Positions 10,914-22,782 of a stretch of 64,000 nucleotides of DNA are shown here, piece by piece. Numbering within the stretch: position 1 is the stretch's first letter; each line of letters begins with the position of its first letter. Source of the DNA: Bilabrum cf. latius (taxonomy: Eukaryota); contig OZ237758.1 of NCBI GenBank assembly GCA_965178125.1, positions 1 through 64,000 of the forward strand. Reading direction: 5' to 3'. The position numbers and the translations under genes are program-made. The notes below the pieces were generated by a model. It did not search any database, was not told the DNA's origin, and saw only the letters and a program-made list of their open reading frames with translations.

Positions 10914-12770
10914 TCAGGACTTGGAACTGGATCGTGGCGACCTTACTCCTCCAAGAAGCGATACCGCAGCGGCTCCGAGCACTGCACCGGCTGCTACGCA
11001 GGCAACTGCGGCCAGCACTGAGAATGCCGGTGCAGGCGTCTTACCTCGATCTCCTTTCTCTTTCTAGGAGCCGGCAGCTTCCACTGCACTCTCTGGAACA
11101 TCGTTCTCCTACCCATCGGTGGCCCACCCGAGGCTGCGCTCCACAGCTCGCTCCCAGGTAGTAACCCTGGCCTGCCTCTCTTCCTCCTCCATGGCAGGCT
11201 TAAACTCGGCATCCAGCTCCCACTGGTCCCGCAAGTCGTCCAATGAGCTCCAGAAACCTACAGCCAAGCCGGCTGCATACGCTGCTCCCAGTGCTGTGGT
11301 TTCAATCACGGCAGGTCGCTGCACGCTACTGCCAAGTACATCGGCCTACATCTGCAGCATGGCTCCATTCACCGTCATGCCACCGTCCACACGCATAGTC
11401 AGGTCTGGGGCGCTGTCCGCCTTTTCCCCATTTCCAGTAGATGCAGCGCCGCCCTTAGCCTGCGCATCATCGGCCACATCCTGGGCCATCGCCACAGCGA
11501 GCTCCCTGGACTGGAAGCAAGTAGCCTCCAGCGCGGCCCTGCATATGTGTCCCCTGCAGCTGCCCTTGGTGAGACCCACGATGATCCCCCGTGCGTCGTC
11601 CCTCCACCTGGGAGCGAACAGGCCGCTAAAAGCAGGCACAAACACGAGGCCACCACTGTCCTCTACCTCCTCTGCCAGCTTTTGCACGTCGCTGCTGCTG
11701 GAGAAGAGCTTCAGGTTGTCCCGCATCCACTGCACAACGGAGCCGGCCTGGCTCACGCTCCCCTCCAGTCCAAATACCGCGGGCTCATCGCCGATCTTGT
11801 AAGCAACTGTTGTGAGCAGGCCGTGCGAGGACTTGACCCGCCTCTGGCCAGTGTTTCTGAGCATGAAGCAGCCCGTGCCGTACGTGTTCTTGGTTTGCCC
11901 CGGCTCGAAACACGCCTGCCCGAAGAGCGCCGCCTGCTGGTCCCCGAGTATGCCAGCCAGGGGCACGCCCTCCAGGAACTTGCTCGCCTTGGTGCCGTTC
12001 TGTCGCTCCTGCCTGCTCAGCCCCGCCTCGTCAGGACCCGTCCAGACGTCGCAGTCCGCGTACGTCTCTGAGGAGGAGACGATCTAGGGCAGCATGCGCA
12101 TGGGCACGTCGAAGTGCCCGCATAGGTCCTTTGCCCAATCTAGCGTATCTAGGTCCATCAGTAGTGTGCGGGATGCATTTGTCACATCTGTGATGTGCCG
12201 CCCCTTCCCTGGACCGCCAGTGAGGCACCAGGCGAGCCACGAATCGATCGTCCCAAATACTGCCTTGCCACCCTCGGCCTTTTCGCGTAGACCGTCCGTG
12301 TGATCAAGCAGCCACTTCAATTTGGGACCGCTGAAGTACGGAACAATGGGCAGCCCTGTCCTCGCTGCCAGCGAGTCGCGGCCACCAAGCTCCTTCGAAA
12401 CGGTCTGGCAGATCTTCGCAGCTCGCGTGTCCATCCACACGACAGCCCTTGTCAGCGGCTCTCCCGTGTCTGGGTTCCACACCAAGGTCGTCTCTCTCTA
12501 ATTTGTAATGCCGATTGCGGCAAGGTCGGCGGCAACAGCGTTTGCTTTTTGCATGCACGCAACCACAACTTGAAGGGTCCGCGCCAGGATCTCAAGTGCA
12601 TCGTGTTCAACGTGCCCCTCGGCGGTAGTGTGCTGCGTATGCTCCTCATGAGCAGATGCAACGATGCTACCTTTCTTGTCGAATAGAATGAACCTAGTCG
12701 AGGTAGTGCCCTGGTCAATTGATCCGACGTACGTCGACGTTGAGCCGGACCTTCGTGATGCAGCAGCCAT
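10914..12770 (-). CDS. GK: Glycerol kinase (FGGY family) with C-terminal hydrophobic tail
   Basis: [62 protein letters not shown] at 12498, 12084, 11346, 11109, 11064; TGA at 10914. Confidence 0.96.
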
Positions 12771-13026
12771 TTTTCGAGCTCTTTTCCGCAGTATCCTGTG
12801 ACAACACAATCAGCACACGTAAAATGAAACCAAAGAAGACCAATATGCGTCAACTACCTTGTATAAGCTCCTTCAGTACCTCGCAGAATTAATTGGACGA
12901 TGGGTTCAAGATCGGCAAGATCAAATGTGACGAGTGCGAGTTGGGCGCCGCGCGTTTGTTTTTGGTTCCGCAGAATGAGGTGCAAAAGATCTACTTCTCT
13001 TCGCCTCGCTGCCAAGGGTCAGTCAC

Positions 13027-14601
13027 ATGTTCCGAAGATTTGGCGCCGTTTCAAAACTATTTTCTACTCGATCTGCCGTGGCGCACCACAGCCGCGGCTG
13101 TGGTCGAGCATTGCTTCAGCGCAGAACCCTGCTGACGCTCGATAATCTCAACCCCCACATCAAGGAGGCATAGTACGCAGTTAGGGGAGAGATCGTGATT
13201 CGAGCGGGTTAGCACGAGGCAGCATTGGCCAAAGGAGGCTCAAACGCTGATTCGCTACCCTTTGATGAGGTTGTGTACTGCAACATTGGGAATCCTCAGC
13301 AGCTGGGGCAGCCGCCAGTCACGTTTCCAAGGCAAGTCCTGGCGCTCTGCTCGCTGCCGGGACTAACAACTGACGAGCGAGTGAAAGGACTCGGAATGTT
13401 TCCCGATGATGCTGTGGCTCGGGCCAGCAAGTACCTGAGCCAGATCCCGGGCGGTACTGGAGCATACTCGCACTCTCAGGGTGTCCACATTGTGCGTGAA
13501 GAGGTCGCCGAATTCATTGATGAGCGCGATGGCACTCCGCAAGGATCTTGTGACCCCGATAAGATTTTCCTGACGGACGGGGCCTCCCCCGCGGTGCAGA
13601 TGCTTCTTCGCTCCATGATTTCCTCTCCATCGGACGGTGTCATGATCCCCATCCCACAGTACCCCCTCTACAGCGCTGCCATTGCACTATGCGGCGGGTC
13701 TCAAGTGCCGTACTATCTGGACGAGGCGAGCAACTGGGGCACCCCGGTGAGCGAGCTGGAGGGAGCCTTCGAGCAGGCCAAGGCTAAGGGGGTGCAGCCC
13801 AGGGCCGTGGCCGTGATCAACCCAGGGAATCCCACTGGGGGCGTGCTGCCCAGGGATGGAGTGGCGGAGATAATAGACTTCTGCAGGCGGCGGGAGCTTG
13901 TTTTGCTTGCGGACGAGGTGTACCAGGAGAACGTGTGGGCCGAGGGCAAGGAGTTCCACTCCTTCCGCAAGGTGGCTCTCGAGGAACAGGCCGCGGGGGA
14001 CAGACAGGGGCAGGCACCGCTGCAGCTGGCATCCTTTCATTCCGTGTCAAAGGGTTTTTACGGCGAGTGCGGCAGGCGGGGCGGGTACGCCCAGCTGCAG
14101 GGCTTCCCCGATGATGTGGTGGCTGAGCTGTACAAGCTGGCTAGCATTTCCCTGTGCAGCAATGTGGAGGGGCAGCTCATGATGGGACTCATGTGCAGGC
14201 CGCCCAAGGAGGGGGAGCCATCGTCACGACTGTACGAGCAAGAGAAGCTGGACTTGCTGGACTCGCTGCGGCGGAGGGCGGGCATGCTCGTGCGGGCGTT
14301 CGAGACCATGGACGGCGTGGAGTGCGCGCCGCCGGAGGGAGCTCTGTACGCATTCCCGACAATCAAGCTTCCAGAAGGAGCCGTCAAGGCCGCCGAAGCC
14401 AAGGGCAAGGCTCCTGATGCATTCTACTGCCTCGAGCTGCTCGACAAGACCGGCATCGTGGCGGTACCGGGCAGTGGCTTTGGCCAGAAGGAAGGCACCT
14501 TCCACTTGAGGACAACAATCTTGCCACCAGAGGACAAGATGGATAGGGTCACAAAGGCAATGGCAGACTTCCATGCGAGCTTTTTGGCGGAGCACCAGTG
14601 A
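13027..14601 (+). CDS. GPT: Alanine aminotransferase, likely mitochondrial
   Basis: NPHIKEA*YAVRGEIV, CNIGNPQ, INPGNPTG, ADEVYQEN, SVSKGFYGECGRRGG (PLP Lys); Arg/Ser-rich leader MFRRFGAVSKLFSTRS; TAG at 13171, 13210. Confidence 0.95.
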
Positions 14602-14727
14602 GTTGATAGATTCCACAAAAACAGACACTCTCGTTCGCTGTACCAATAGTCTGTGTCCCGTTCAAGCACAACCATAAAGTATGCACCGTGCGGTCCTTAT
14701 TGGCACCAAATGCAACCAGAAACCAGC

Positions 14728-15206
14728 TCAGGCGGTGATGTTGCGGGGCTGGATGTCGACGCCGGGCTCCAGCTTGATGTTCGTGAGCTTCTGCACGAGG
14801 TCCTTGGGGGCAGTCGTGTCGACAATGCGCTTGTGGATCCTCATGGTGAAGCGGTCCCAGGTCTGGGTACCGTTGCCACCGGGGGACTTCCGGGTGGTGA
14901 TCTGCAGCTGCTTGGTAGGCAGGCGCACGGGTCCGGTTGCCTTCAGGCCCAGCTTCTTGCACTGGTCCTTGAGGCGGGCGCACACTGCGGTAAAATACAA
15001 GTAGAGCAATACAATTCGTTGTGACTGGGTGGCCCTGAACGAATGATTCAGTCATCCGAGGCAATAACTCCTAGGGCTCTCGTCGCTGGTCTGGAAAGTG
15101 TCTCACTGGTCTCGAGCTTGGCAACCTCAGTGCTCTGGAGCGTGAACCTGATCTTGCTCACGTCCGCCCTCCCGGGCTGGTAGACATCCTTCTTTGCGGC
15201 AGCCAT
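14728..15206 (-). CDS. RPS20: 40S ribosomal protein uS10 (S20), one intron 14985-15106
   Basis: KIRFTLQS...GPVRLPTKQLQITTRKSPGGNGTQTWDRFTMRIHKRIVD; GTGAG...GCAG intron restores the frame. Confidence 0.95.
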
Positions 15207-15526
15207 ATTGGAATTGGGTTGCGATTTGTGTGGATCGAGGGCTGCGAACGAATGAACGGAACCTTGTGTCTCGAAGAGGAGGCATACAAATTGCAAATGG
15301 AAAACATTTAGCAGATAGTAGAAGTCCAAGCTCACCACCGAGAACTCCCGGCAACAATTACCTGAATCCGAAGTATGCTTTTGTTGACTGGTCGGGCGAT
15401 CGGATCGCGTCTGCACGAACGTTCGATATACCTTGAACGAACCTACCAAACTGTTGTACGATGAGCGGAAGCAGAGCAAAGACACACAGTGCAAAGGTAT
15501 ACTGGAGATTTTCTGAAACCAGGAAT

Positions 15527-18500
15527 TCAATGCAAAGTTGTCATGCGGACCTGTGATCGGATCCCGTATCGTGCCCCGCCCGGCCCCCACACCTCTGCTG
15601 TCCCATCAGGGTCGGCCGGTGGCAGACTGGGGCGTCGACCTCGGTGTCCCTCGGGCCGCAGGGGTGGTTCGGGTCCGAACGACTCTGCAAAGCTGACACT
15701 ACTATCGTGGTCTTTTGGTGCATGACTTCGAGCCGCGTCCTCTTCCGCCGATCCCTACCCCGACTCAGGAGACCCAAACGTCGTGCTACCCCGATCTACT
15801 CTTTGGAGCACATCTGCCGCCCTCTAGGCCGCTAGCTGCAGCTGGCGCTGGAGCCTGCGCTGGTGGGCCGAACCAGTGCGGGCGAGTCCCCTGGGCTACT
15901 GGACGGGTGCCTCTCTGTGAATGCTGGCCACACTCCCCTCGAGTGAATCTGCCTCGTGCTCCTGCTTGCTCTCTCCCTAGCTGCTGCCCCCGCCCCGCTA
16001 GTGGGATGCATGAGCCTTGCTGTGAAGGCTCCCACTCGCCCCCAGCTGCCCAGCGGGGTCCTCCGGAAGCAGCACGCCGCCCTGATGCCATGCAGCCGCG
16101 CCGCCGCGGCTTGCCCCACGGCGCTGCCCTTGGGCCCGATCGCCGGGCCGCTGGTGCACGGCTCTCTTTTGCATGGGGCTGAACGGTGGTGCACGGCCTC
16201 TGCTCTGGCTTGCAGAACCAGCGCCAGTGTCAGATCGAGCGGCTGCTATTCCCCGAGTGCGTTCTACTTCTGAACGCGGCCCCGTTGTGCGTGACGGTCG
16301 TCGCTCTGCATACGATGCCCCTCCCATCCCCCCAGCGGGCCCCGCCAGCACTCCGATGTCGCCTGTGTCTGCAAGCCCGGCGTCTCGGAGGGCTCGGTCG
16401 AGGGAAATGGCGGCACGGCGCACCTGTCGCGGCATGTGCGGCTGCATGTGCGGGTCTGCGGCTAGCCGTTGCAACTCCAAGGCGTGTTCCACCACACGGT
16501 CCTTGTGTTTCTCCTGGGCGCGATGGCTAGCACCAGGTCTGGCAGACCCATGGGCGGCTCGCCCCCGGCCAGTGGGCCCGGCAGCACGATTGCGGCGGCC
16601 CCCATCGGACTCCCGCAGCAACGAGCGCTCTTCCGCCTGCAGTGCTGCATCAAGTGCCTGCAACGCATCCTACTCTTCGGGGGTGCGATGCTGATGCTGT
16701 AGAGGCTGCTGCGGACGATCCACCATGTCCCCGCTCTGCCTCCCTGCGGCGACTCGGGCCTGCTCCAGTTGCCTCAAGGGCACAGCCTCACCTTGGTCGT
16801 CTGCAGTGGCTGCATGCCGCCCACCAGATGGGATCTGCAGGCCGGGAATCAGACGGGATAGTGCTGCAAGAGCCGCTGCAGCTGGTCCGCGCCCCCGACC
16901 GGCCGACCTGCCACCAGGGCTTGTTTGGGCAGCGATCATCGACTGCTATCCAATGATGTGCGGCTGCAGCTGGGCATCGTGTGACGGCTGCTGGGCATCG
17001 CGTGACGGCTGCTGGGCATCGCGTGACGGCTGCTGGGCATCGCGTGACGGCTGCTGGGCATCGCGTGACGGCTGCTGGGCATCGCGTGACGGCTGCTACC
17101 TGTCGTGGTGTGGCTGATTGGCATCGCGTTGCTGCTGCTATACTAGCAATTGATCGTTGGGCTGCACTCGCGATTGACCATAGGGCTGCACCCCACGAAC
17201 TACCCACGTGTCCCGTGAAATATCCGCCTCGCGCGAGCTGGCGGCTGAGGCTTCTTTGCTACTGCCGTGGTCTCCTGGCGACACATTCGCTCCTGTCCGA
17301 CCTGCTGCTCCAAGCAGCATGCTGGAGATACCAACGAGGCGAACCACCTCCCTGTGCTGGTCCTGTGCAGTCATCTCGGACTCTAGTGCGGCAGGGCGGG
17401 TTGTTGCAGCATGTTGCTACCGCACATAGCCGACGTCACCCTCCTCGGTGACTTCTGCCGGAGAAGTGCCGAGCACCTGCAATGGCGCGTTCACGTGTAC
17501 TTCCGAACCTTGCGCTGAAACATCAGATGCAGCAGCACGGTGGGCAGTAAGGCGTGCACCAGGGCTGGGCTGGGGCGATTCTGTGGCATCGGATGGTTTG
17601 AGACGCAGCTTGCCGCTGCTGCTGGCTCCAACCCAGTCGTTTGGAGCTTCGTTCGTTGCGTGAACGGTCGATTGCAGCCCGAAGTCAGGATCAAGATGCA
17701 CATGCATGCGAGACGACCGGCGGCTGCTGCTGCTAGCCTCAACCCCTGGCTGGGTGCTTGCAGTTGCACTGACTCGCATGGATGGGAACTGGCCGCCGGT
17801 CCTCGGCACCACAGCGGCTCGAGCAGCTGCAGCCATCGCCTCAAACCGCCTGCCTCGGGGGCTCCTCAGCTGAGGAGAGCCTGGACCAGTCCTCGCCACA
17901 GACGCTGGGCTGCCAATTAATGAGCTGGTCTGAGATCCCCCGGATCGTGTCTGTCTCCCTGATAGTACCAGTGCAGTGCTGTGAGGCATGCTGCTGTGGG
18001 CTGCCAAGAGAAGATTCTGCTGGCTGTAGGAGTCGCTCGCAGGCGATTTGGCTCGCTTCGGGCTCCAGGGCGCGGCTCGGCCAGGTGGACCTGCACGAAG
18101 AGCCACAGCTCGCTCGCGGCTGAGCACTGCAGCTTCGTGCGGGGGAGGCAGCCTCGGGGGAGCAGGTCTACTTGCGACAGCCGATAATTGATCCTGGGAG
18201 CTTTGATCATTCGAGTTCGATAGCTGTGCCTACCCGGCAATCCCCCTCGCAGCGAACTGACTCAGCCTCTTCTCCCACTCCTACTTGCCGACTACAGCGG
18301 CAACAGCCCGCAGAGTGTTCAGTCGCTGCTAACGCTCTTGCCGCAACAGCTCCTGCAGCTGCCTCACGCGACCCTGCACACCATTGCTCGGGCTCGACTC
18401 TGCCAAAATACTAGTGGATCCAGCAGAGGACGGCTTCTCGGGCTTCCTCGGTGCAGCCTTGGGAGATCCAGCAGAGGACGGCTTCTCGGGCTTGCTCGGT

Positions 18501-21500
18501 GCAGCCTTGGGAGATCCAGCAGAGGACGGCTTCTCGGGCTTGCTCGGTGCAGCCTTGGGAGATCCAGCAGAGGACGGCTTCTCGGGCTTGCTCGGTGCAG
18601 CCTTGGGAGATCCAGCAGAGGACGGCTTCTCGGGCTTCCTCGGTGCAGCCTCGGGAGATCCAGCAGAGGACGGCTTCTCGGGCTTGCTCGGTGCAGCCTT
18701 GGGAGATCCAGCAGAGGACGGCTTCTCGGGCTTGCTCGGTGCAGCCTTGGGAGATCCAGCAGAGGACGGCTTCTCGGGCTTGTTCGGTGCAGCCTTGGGA
18801 GATCCAGCAGAGGACGGCTTCTCGGGCTTGCTCGGTGCAGCCTTGGGAGATCCAGCAGAGGACGGCTTCTCGGGCTTGCTCGGTGCAGCCTTGGGAGATC
18901 CAGCAGAGGACGGCTTCTCGGGCTTGCTCGGTGCAGCCTTGGGAGATCCAGCAGAGGACGGCTTCTCGGGCTTGCTCGGTGCAGCCTTGGGAGATCCAGC
19001 AGAGGACGGCTTCTCGGGCTTCCTTGGTGCAGCCTTGGGAGATCCAGCAGAGGACGGCTTCTCGGGCTTGCTCGGTGCAGCCTTGGGAGATCCAGCAGAG
19101 GACGGCTTCTCGGGCTTGCTCGGTGCAGCCTTGGGAGATCCAGCAGAGGACGGCTTCTCGGGCTTGCTCGGTGCAGTCTTGGGAGATCCAGCAGAGGACG
19201 GCTTCTCGGGCTTGCTCGGTGCAGCCTTGGGAGATCCAGCAGAGGACGGCTTCTCGGGCTTGCTCGGTGCAGCCTTGGGAGATCCAGCAGAGGACGGCTT
19301 CTCGGGCTTGCTCGGTGCAGCCTTGGGAGATCCAGCAGAGGACGGCTTCTCGGGCTTGCTCGGTGCAGCCTTGGGAGATCCAGCAGAGGACGGCTTCTCG
19401 GGCTTGCTCGGTGCAGCCTTGGGAGATCCAGCAGAGGACGGCTTCTCGGGCTTGCTCGGTGCAGCCTTGGGAGATCCAGCAGAGGACGGCTTCTCGGGCT
19501 TGCTCGGTGCAGCCTTGGGAGATCCAGCAGAGGACGGCTTCTCGGGCTTGCTCGGTGCAGCCTTGGGAGATCCAGCAGAGGACGGCTTCTCGGGCTTCCT
19601 CGGTGCAGCCTTGGGAGATCCAGCAGAGGACGGCTTCTCGGGCTTGCTCGGTGCAGCCTTGGGAGATCCAGCAGAGGACGGCTTCTCGGGCTTGCTCGGT
19701 GCAGCCTTGGGAGATCCAGCAGAGGACGGCTTCTCGGGCTTGCTCGGTGCAGCCTTGGGAGATCCAGCAGAGGACGGCTTCTCGGGCTTCCTCGGTGCAG
19801 CCTTGGGAGATCCAGCAGAGGACGGCTTCTCGGGCTTGCTCGGTGCAGCCTTGGGAGATCCAGCAGAGGACGGCTTCTCGGGCTTGCTCGGTGCAGCCTT
19901 GGGAGATCCAGCAGAGGACGGCTTCTCGGGCTTGCTCGGTGCAGCCTTGGGAGATCCAGCAGAGGACGACTTCTCGGGCTTGCTCGGTGCAGCCTTGGGA
20001 GATCCAGCAGAGGACGGCTTCTCGGGCTTGCTCGGTGCAGCCTTGGGAGATCCAGCAGAGGACGGCTTCTCGGGCTTGCTCGGTGCAGCCTTGGGAGATC
20101 CAGCAGAGGACGGCTTCTCGGGCTTCCTCGGTGCAGCCTTGGGAGATCCAGCAGAGGACGGCTTCTCGGGCTTGCTCGGTGCAGCCTTGGGAGATCCAGC
20201 AGAGGACGGCTTCTCGGGCTTGCTCGGTGCAGCCTTGGGAGATCCAGCAGAGGACGGCTTCTCGGGCTTGCTCGGTGCAGCCTTGGGAGATCCAGCAGAG
20301 GACGGCTTCTCGGGCTTCCTTGGTGCAGTCTTGGGAGATCCAGCAGAGGACGGCTTCTCGGGCTTGCTTGGTGCAGTCTTGGGAGATCCAGCAGAGGACG
20401 GCTTCTCGGGCTTGCTCGGTGCAGCCTTGGGAGATCCAGCAGAGGACGGCTTCTCGGGCTTGCTCGGTGCAGCCTTGGGAGATCCAGCAGAGGACGGCTT
20501 CTCGGGCTTCCTCGGTGCAGCCTTGGGAGATCCAGCAGAGGACGGCTTCTCGGGCTTGCTCGGTGCAGCCTTGGGAGATCCAGCAGAGGACGGCTTCTCG
20601 GGCTTGCTCGGTGCAGCCTTGGGAGATCCAGCAGAGGACGGCTTCTCGGGCTTGCTCGGTGCAGTCTTGGGAGATCCAGCAGAGGACGGCTTCTCGGGCT
20701 TGCTCGGTGCAGCCTTGGGAGATCCAGCAGAGGACGGCTTCTCGGGCTTCCTCGGTGCAGCCTCGGGAGATCCAGCAGAGGACGGCTTCTCGGGCTTCCT
20801 CGGTGCAGCCTCGGGAGATCCAGCAGAGGACGGCTTCTCGGGCTTGCTCGGTGCAGCCTTGGGAGATCCAGCAGAGGACGGCTTCTCGGGCTTCCTCGGT
20901 GCAGCCTTGGGAGATCCAGCAGAGGACGGCTTCTCGGGCTTCCTCGGTGCAGCCTTGGGAGATCCAGCAGAGGACGGCTTCTCGGGCTTGCTCGGTGCAG
21001 CCTTGGGAGATCCAGCAGAGGACGGCTTCTCGGGCTTCCTCGGCGGGGCGCCTGCCTTGGGCGATGCTGGAGCAGGCTTCTTCGGCGTGGCGCCTGCCTT
21101 GGGCGATGCCGGAGCAGGCTTCATCGGCGTGGCGTCTGCCTTGGGCGATGCCGGAGCAGGCTTCCTCGGCGGGGCGCCTGCCTTGGGCGATGCCGGAGCA
21201 GGCTTCTTCGGCGGGGCGCCTGCCTTGGGCGATGCCGGAGCAGGCTTCTTCGGCGTGGCGTCTGCCTTGGGCGATGCCGGAGCAGGCTTCTTCGGCGTGG
21301 CGTCTGCCTTGGGCGATGCCGGAGCAGGCTTCTTCGGCGGGGCGCCTACCTTGGGCGATGCCGGAGCAGGCTTCTTCGGCGGGGCGCCTGCCTTGGGCGA
21401 TGCCGGAGCAGGCTTCTTCGGCGGGGCGCCTGCCTTGGGCGATGCCGGAGCAGGCTTCTTCGGCGGGGCGCCTGCCTTGGGCGATGCCGGAGCAGGCTTC

Positions 21501-22357
21501 TTCGGCGGGGCGCCTGCCTTGGGCGATGCCGGAGCAGGCTTCTTCGGCGGGGCGCCTGCCTTGGGCGATGCTGGAGCAGGCTTCTTCGGCGGGGCGCCTG
21601 CCTTGGGCGATGCTGGAGCAGGCTTCTTCGGCGTGGTGCCTGCCTTGGGCGATGCTGGAGCAGGCTTCTTCGGCGGGGCGCCTGCCTTGGGCGATGCCGG
21701 AGCAGGCTTCTTCGGCGGGGCGCCTGCCTTGGGCGATGCCGGAGCAGGCTTCTTCGGCGGGGCGCCTGCCTTGGGCGATGCTGGAGCAGGCTTCCTCGGC
21801 GGGGCGCCTGCCTTGGGCGATGCCGGAGCAGGCTTCTTCGGCGGGGCGCCTGCCTTGGGCGATGCCGGAGCAGGCTTCTTCGGCGGGGCGCCTGCCTTGG
21901 GCGATGCCGGAGCAGGCTTCTTCGGCGGGGCGCCTGCCTTGGGCGATGCCGGAGCAGGCTTCTTCGGCGGGGCGCCTGCCTTGGGCGATGCCGGAGCAGG
22001 CTTCTTCGGCGGGGCGCCTGCCTTGGGCGATGCTGGAGCAGGCTTCTTCGGCGGGGCGCCTGCCTTGGGCGATGCCGGAGCAGGCTTCTTCGGCGGGGCG
22101 CCTGCCTTGGGCGATGCCGGAGCAGGCTTCTTCGGCGGGGCGCCTGCCTTGGGCGATGCCGGAGCAGGCTTCTTCGGCGGGGCGCCTGCCTTGGGCGATG
22201 CTGGTTTCGCCGGGGCTTTAGGCCGTTTATTGCTAGTTTTAGTACTACTGGGTGGCATTGGGGGGGCTTTACTGCCGCCAGCCTTTGGTACAGGTTGTTT
22301 GGATCCTATTTTACTGCTTGGCGCACTCGCTTTTGGAGGGCCGGGTTTTCCTGGCAT
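15527..22357 (-). CDS. Very large low-complexity protein (~2,276 aa) with N-terminal SPK-repeat region
   Basis: One frame from ATG 22357 (MPGKPGPP) to TGA 15527 joins five ORFs through ~13 TAGs, with no TAA/TGA. Confidence 0.75.
16970..17098 (-). repeat. 21-bp coding tandem repeat (QQPSRDA)x6
   Basis: CAGCAGCCGTCACGCGATGCC units on the minus strand; the first unit begins TAG instead of CAG. Confidence 0.92.
18417..21041 (-). repeat. 45-bp coding minisatellite, ~58 copies (KPEKPSSAGSPKAAP[S/R])
   Basis: GGGAGATCCAGCAGAGGACGGCTTCTCGGGCTTGCTCGGTGCAGCCTT pattern at a 45-bp period on the plus strand. Confidence 0.97.
21042..22205 (-). repeat. 39-bp coding minisatellite, ~30 copies (PKKPAPASPKAGA)
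   Basis: CGGCGGGGCGCCTGCCTTGGGCGATGCCGGAGCAGGCTT pattern at a 39-bp period on the plus strand. Confidence 0.97.
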
Positions 22358-22782
22358 TATGAAAGGCAACCCGCAGCTTTCTAGTAGATACCTACGGTAT
22401 TGACAAATATGCTGAGGCACTCAAGATATATAGACGAAAAATATCCAAGTCTTAACTTTGCACTCCAAAGATGCCATGCAGCGGTATTGTCACAATCCCA
22501 CCGAACACCATTCTCACACCTTCCCGCCAATGTTCCAATCAATTGCTACGAAAACAGTTAGTGGATCAGGTTATGAATCTCACAGAATGATCCGTTTCAA
22601 TGCTGTGTGGGTCACATCGCATGGATGGATTCACTGCATGGTCGCGCCATCAGGCTCTAGACAACGGACACACGTTTACAGATTGTACAAGTAGAAGACG
22701 TCGGATAAAATCCAGCAAGTACTTTGCACGCTTTGCTAGTTGTTGCGTATACGTTTGATCCTATAGTTTGAGCCTGAAACAG

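Noticed and set aside
12498-12500. Pyrrolysine, selenocysteine or tiny introns removing the TAGs
   Set aside because: TAG replaces exactly one conserved Gln in colinear motifs, with no flanking GT...AG, and is far too frequent for a specialised recoding signal
18338-22403. Three plus-strand ORFs of more than 1,200 aa
   Set aside because: Stop-free shadows of the 45- and 39-bp repeats; only the minus frame has an ATG-led start and continues into ~960 aa of unique sequence
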